Program-made: the position numbers and the translations under genes
The notes under the pieces: generated by a model
The model's input: only the letters and a program-made list of their open reading frames with translations
What the model was told of the DNA's origin: nothing
Databases searched by the model: none
In this document: one piece after another, positions 62,801 to 64,000 of the stretch
Numbering within the stretch: the first letter of the stretch is position 1
Layout of the letters: every line of letters begins with the position of its first letter
Origin: Torpedo marmorata
Taxonomy: Eukaryota
Assembly (NCBI GenBank): GCA_977017645.1
Contig: OZ360238.1
Coordinates: 39,308,001-39,372,000, forward strand
Length of the DNA stretch: 64,000 nt
Reading direction: 5' to 3'

Positions 62801-64000
62801 GTTTTGACTCTGTGCAAAGTATGACCGAAAGGGGGAAAAAAAGAATGTTATCTCCTTTCTGGGAACCCAAAAACTGAGATAATGAAAACTTTGGGTTGAT
62901 TCCTGCACCTGGCTGCTGACATATCCCATTTTGCCCTGTTAGCCATGGTGAGGGCACATTGGGCGGAGCAGGGATGGAGAGGTGAGGGTTGCATTGTTGA
63001 GGATCTATGGGAGTGTAGGCGGTTGAGGCTTGGTCAGTGCAACCCTTTGTCAATCCTCTCTCCCCAGTAAGATGAGCCACAACAGGCAACACTCAAAGAT
63101 GGGGAGTAGCTGAGTCAGGATTTCGAATGGGATTGGAACATGCTCAGCAGTTAAAAATCTAAGGTAGCGGTAGTACAGCTAGTGGGTTTGTCCCACAGAT
63201 TACTAATGTTCAATTATTTACTGCAATAAAAACAGCCAGTGCCCTCTCCTTAGGCAACGGCCCTGGCAGCAAACCACTACCAGTGAGCTGTGTGTGGAAC
63301 ATCATCACTAGATTGGCGAGAGAGAATTAAAAACCTGGATTTACTTCCCTTCCAACTGACAACAAAGGCGTCATTCCAGGACATAAATCACAATCAGATG
63401 AGAGTTTCTCATCTACTGCGCAAGCGTGCCGTGATCTAGTTACAACGTTGCCAATGGTAATCTTCTGCCATCAGTGAAGATTATTAAAATTCACTGTATA
63501 TTTAATCTGCTTGTCTGAATTAATTGAATTTTTAAACTCAGTAATTGTCTGCATTTGAAGCACTCCAATCATGAGCTCATGACAATTTAATGACAAAACA
63601 CAGCACCAACCACAGAGACGTCATAACCAGAATCAATTATGTATCATGGGTAAAATATTACAATACCAAAGGCAAGGTGGAGAACTCTATTAAAGCAAAA
63701 AAAAGGTCTATTTTTTACGATTTCTCACTCACATTGTTCTTTAGAGAAAGGCAGATGGATGTACGGTATGTTTGTGCCTTGTACTAAAAGACTACCAGTG
63801 CCAAGCTATCATCCCATTTAAATTTTCTCCCTCACTCCTCCACTGTGTTTCATGGAATAGGGGCCACACATTTCCTGCCCATCCCTAATTAGCCTTGACT
63901 AGGTGGTACTGAGTCTCCGTCGTGAATCACTGCAGTCTTGCAGTGAAGGTTGGGGAAAGGTGCGGCAGGATTTTGTAAAATGCTGGAGGAACTCAGCTGG

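Overview
Vertebrate nuclear DNA, not prokaryotic. The repeat set (HE1-like V-SINEs, Deu-domain SINEs, Rex1/Babar, CR1, L1 and Penelope elements) points to a cartilaginous fish, probably a ray; this taxon call is an inference. The window is almost entirely intronic sequence of a GSE1-family gene on the minus strand. One clear coding exon is present (17901-18119, 219 nt, phase 1/1, [23 protein letters not shown]...[16 protein letters not shown]). The rest is mostly nested retroelements, DNA-transposon derivatives, one solo LTR, mini- and microsatellites, and unique non-coding islands. The best leads are: (1) the exon could form a stop-free circular ORF and is flanked by inverted SINE pairs and an intronic hairpin; (2) a 5S-rRNA-derived SINE and a YY1-headed non-coding element share a hairpin-bearing 3' tail that resembles Rex1 tails; (3) a Tigger derivative carries an NRF1-motif hairpin; (4) a sense-oriented solo LTR and two candidate alternative first exons lie upstream of the exon; (5) Penelope ends carry hammerhead-like motifs. 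All family assignments come from recall and by-eye alignment, with no database search, and boundaries of old repeats are approximate.
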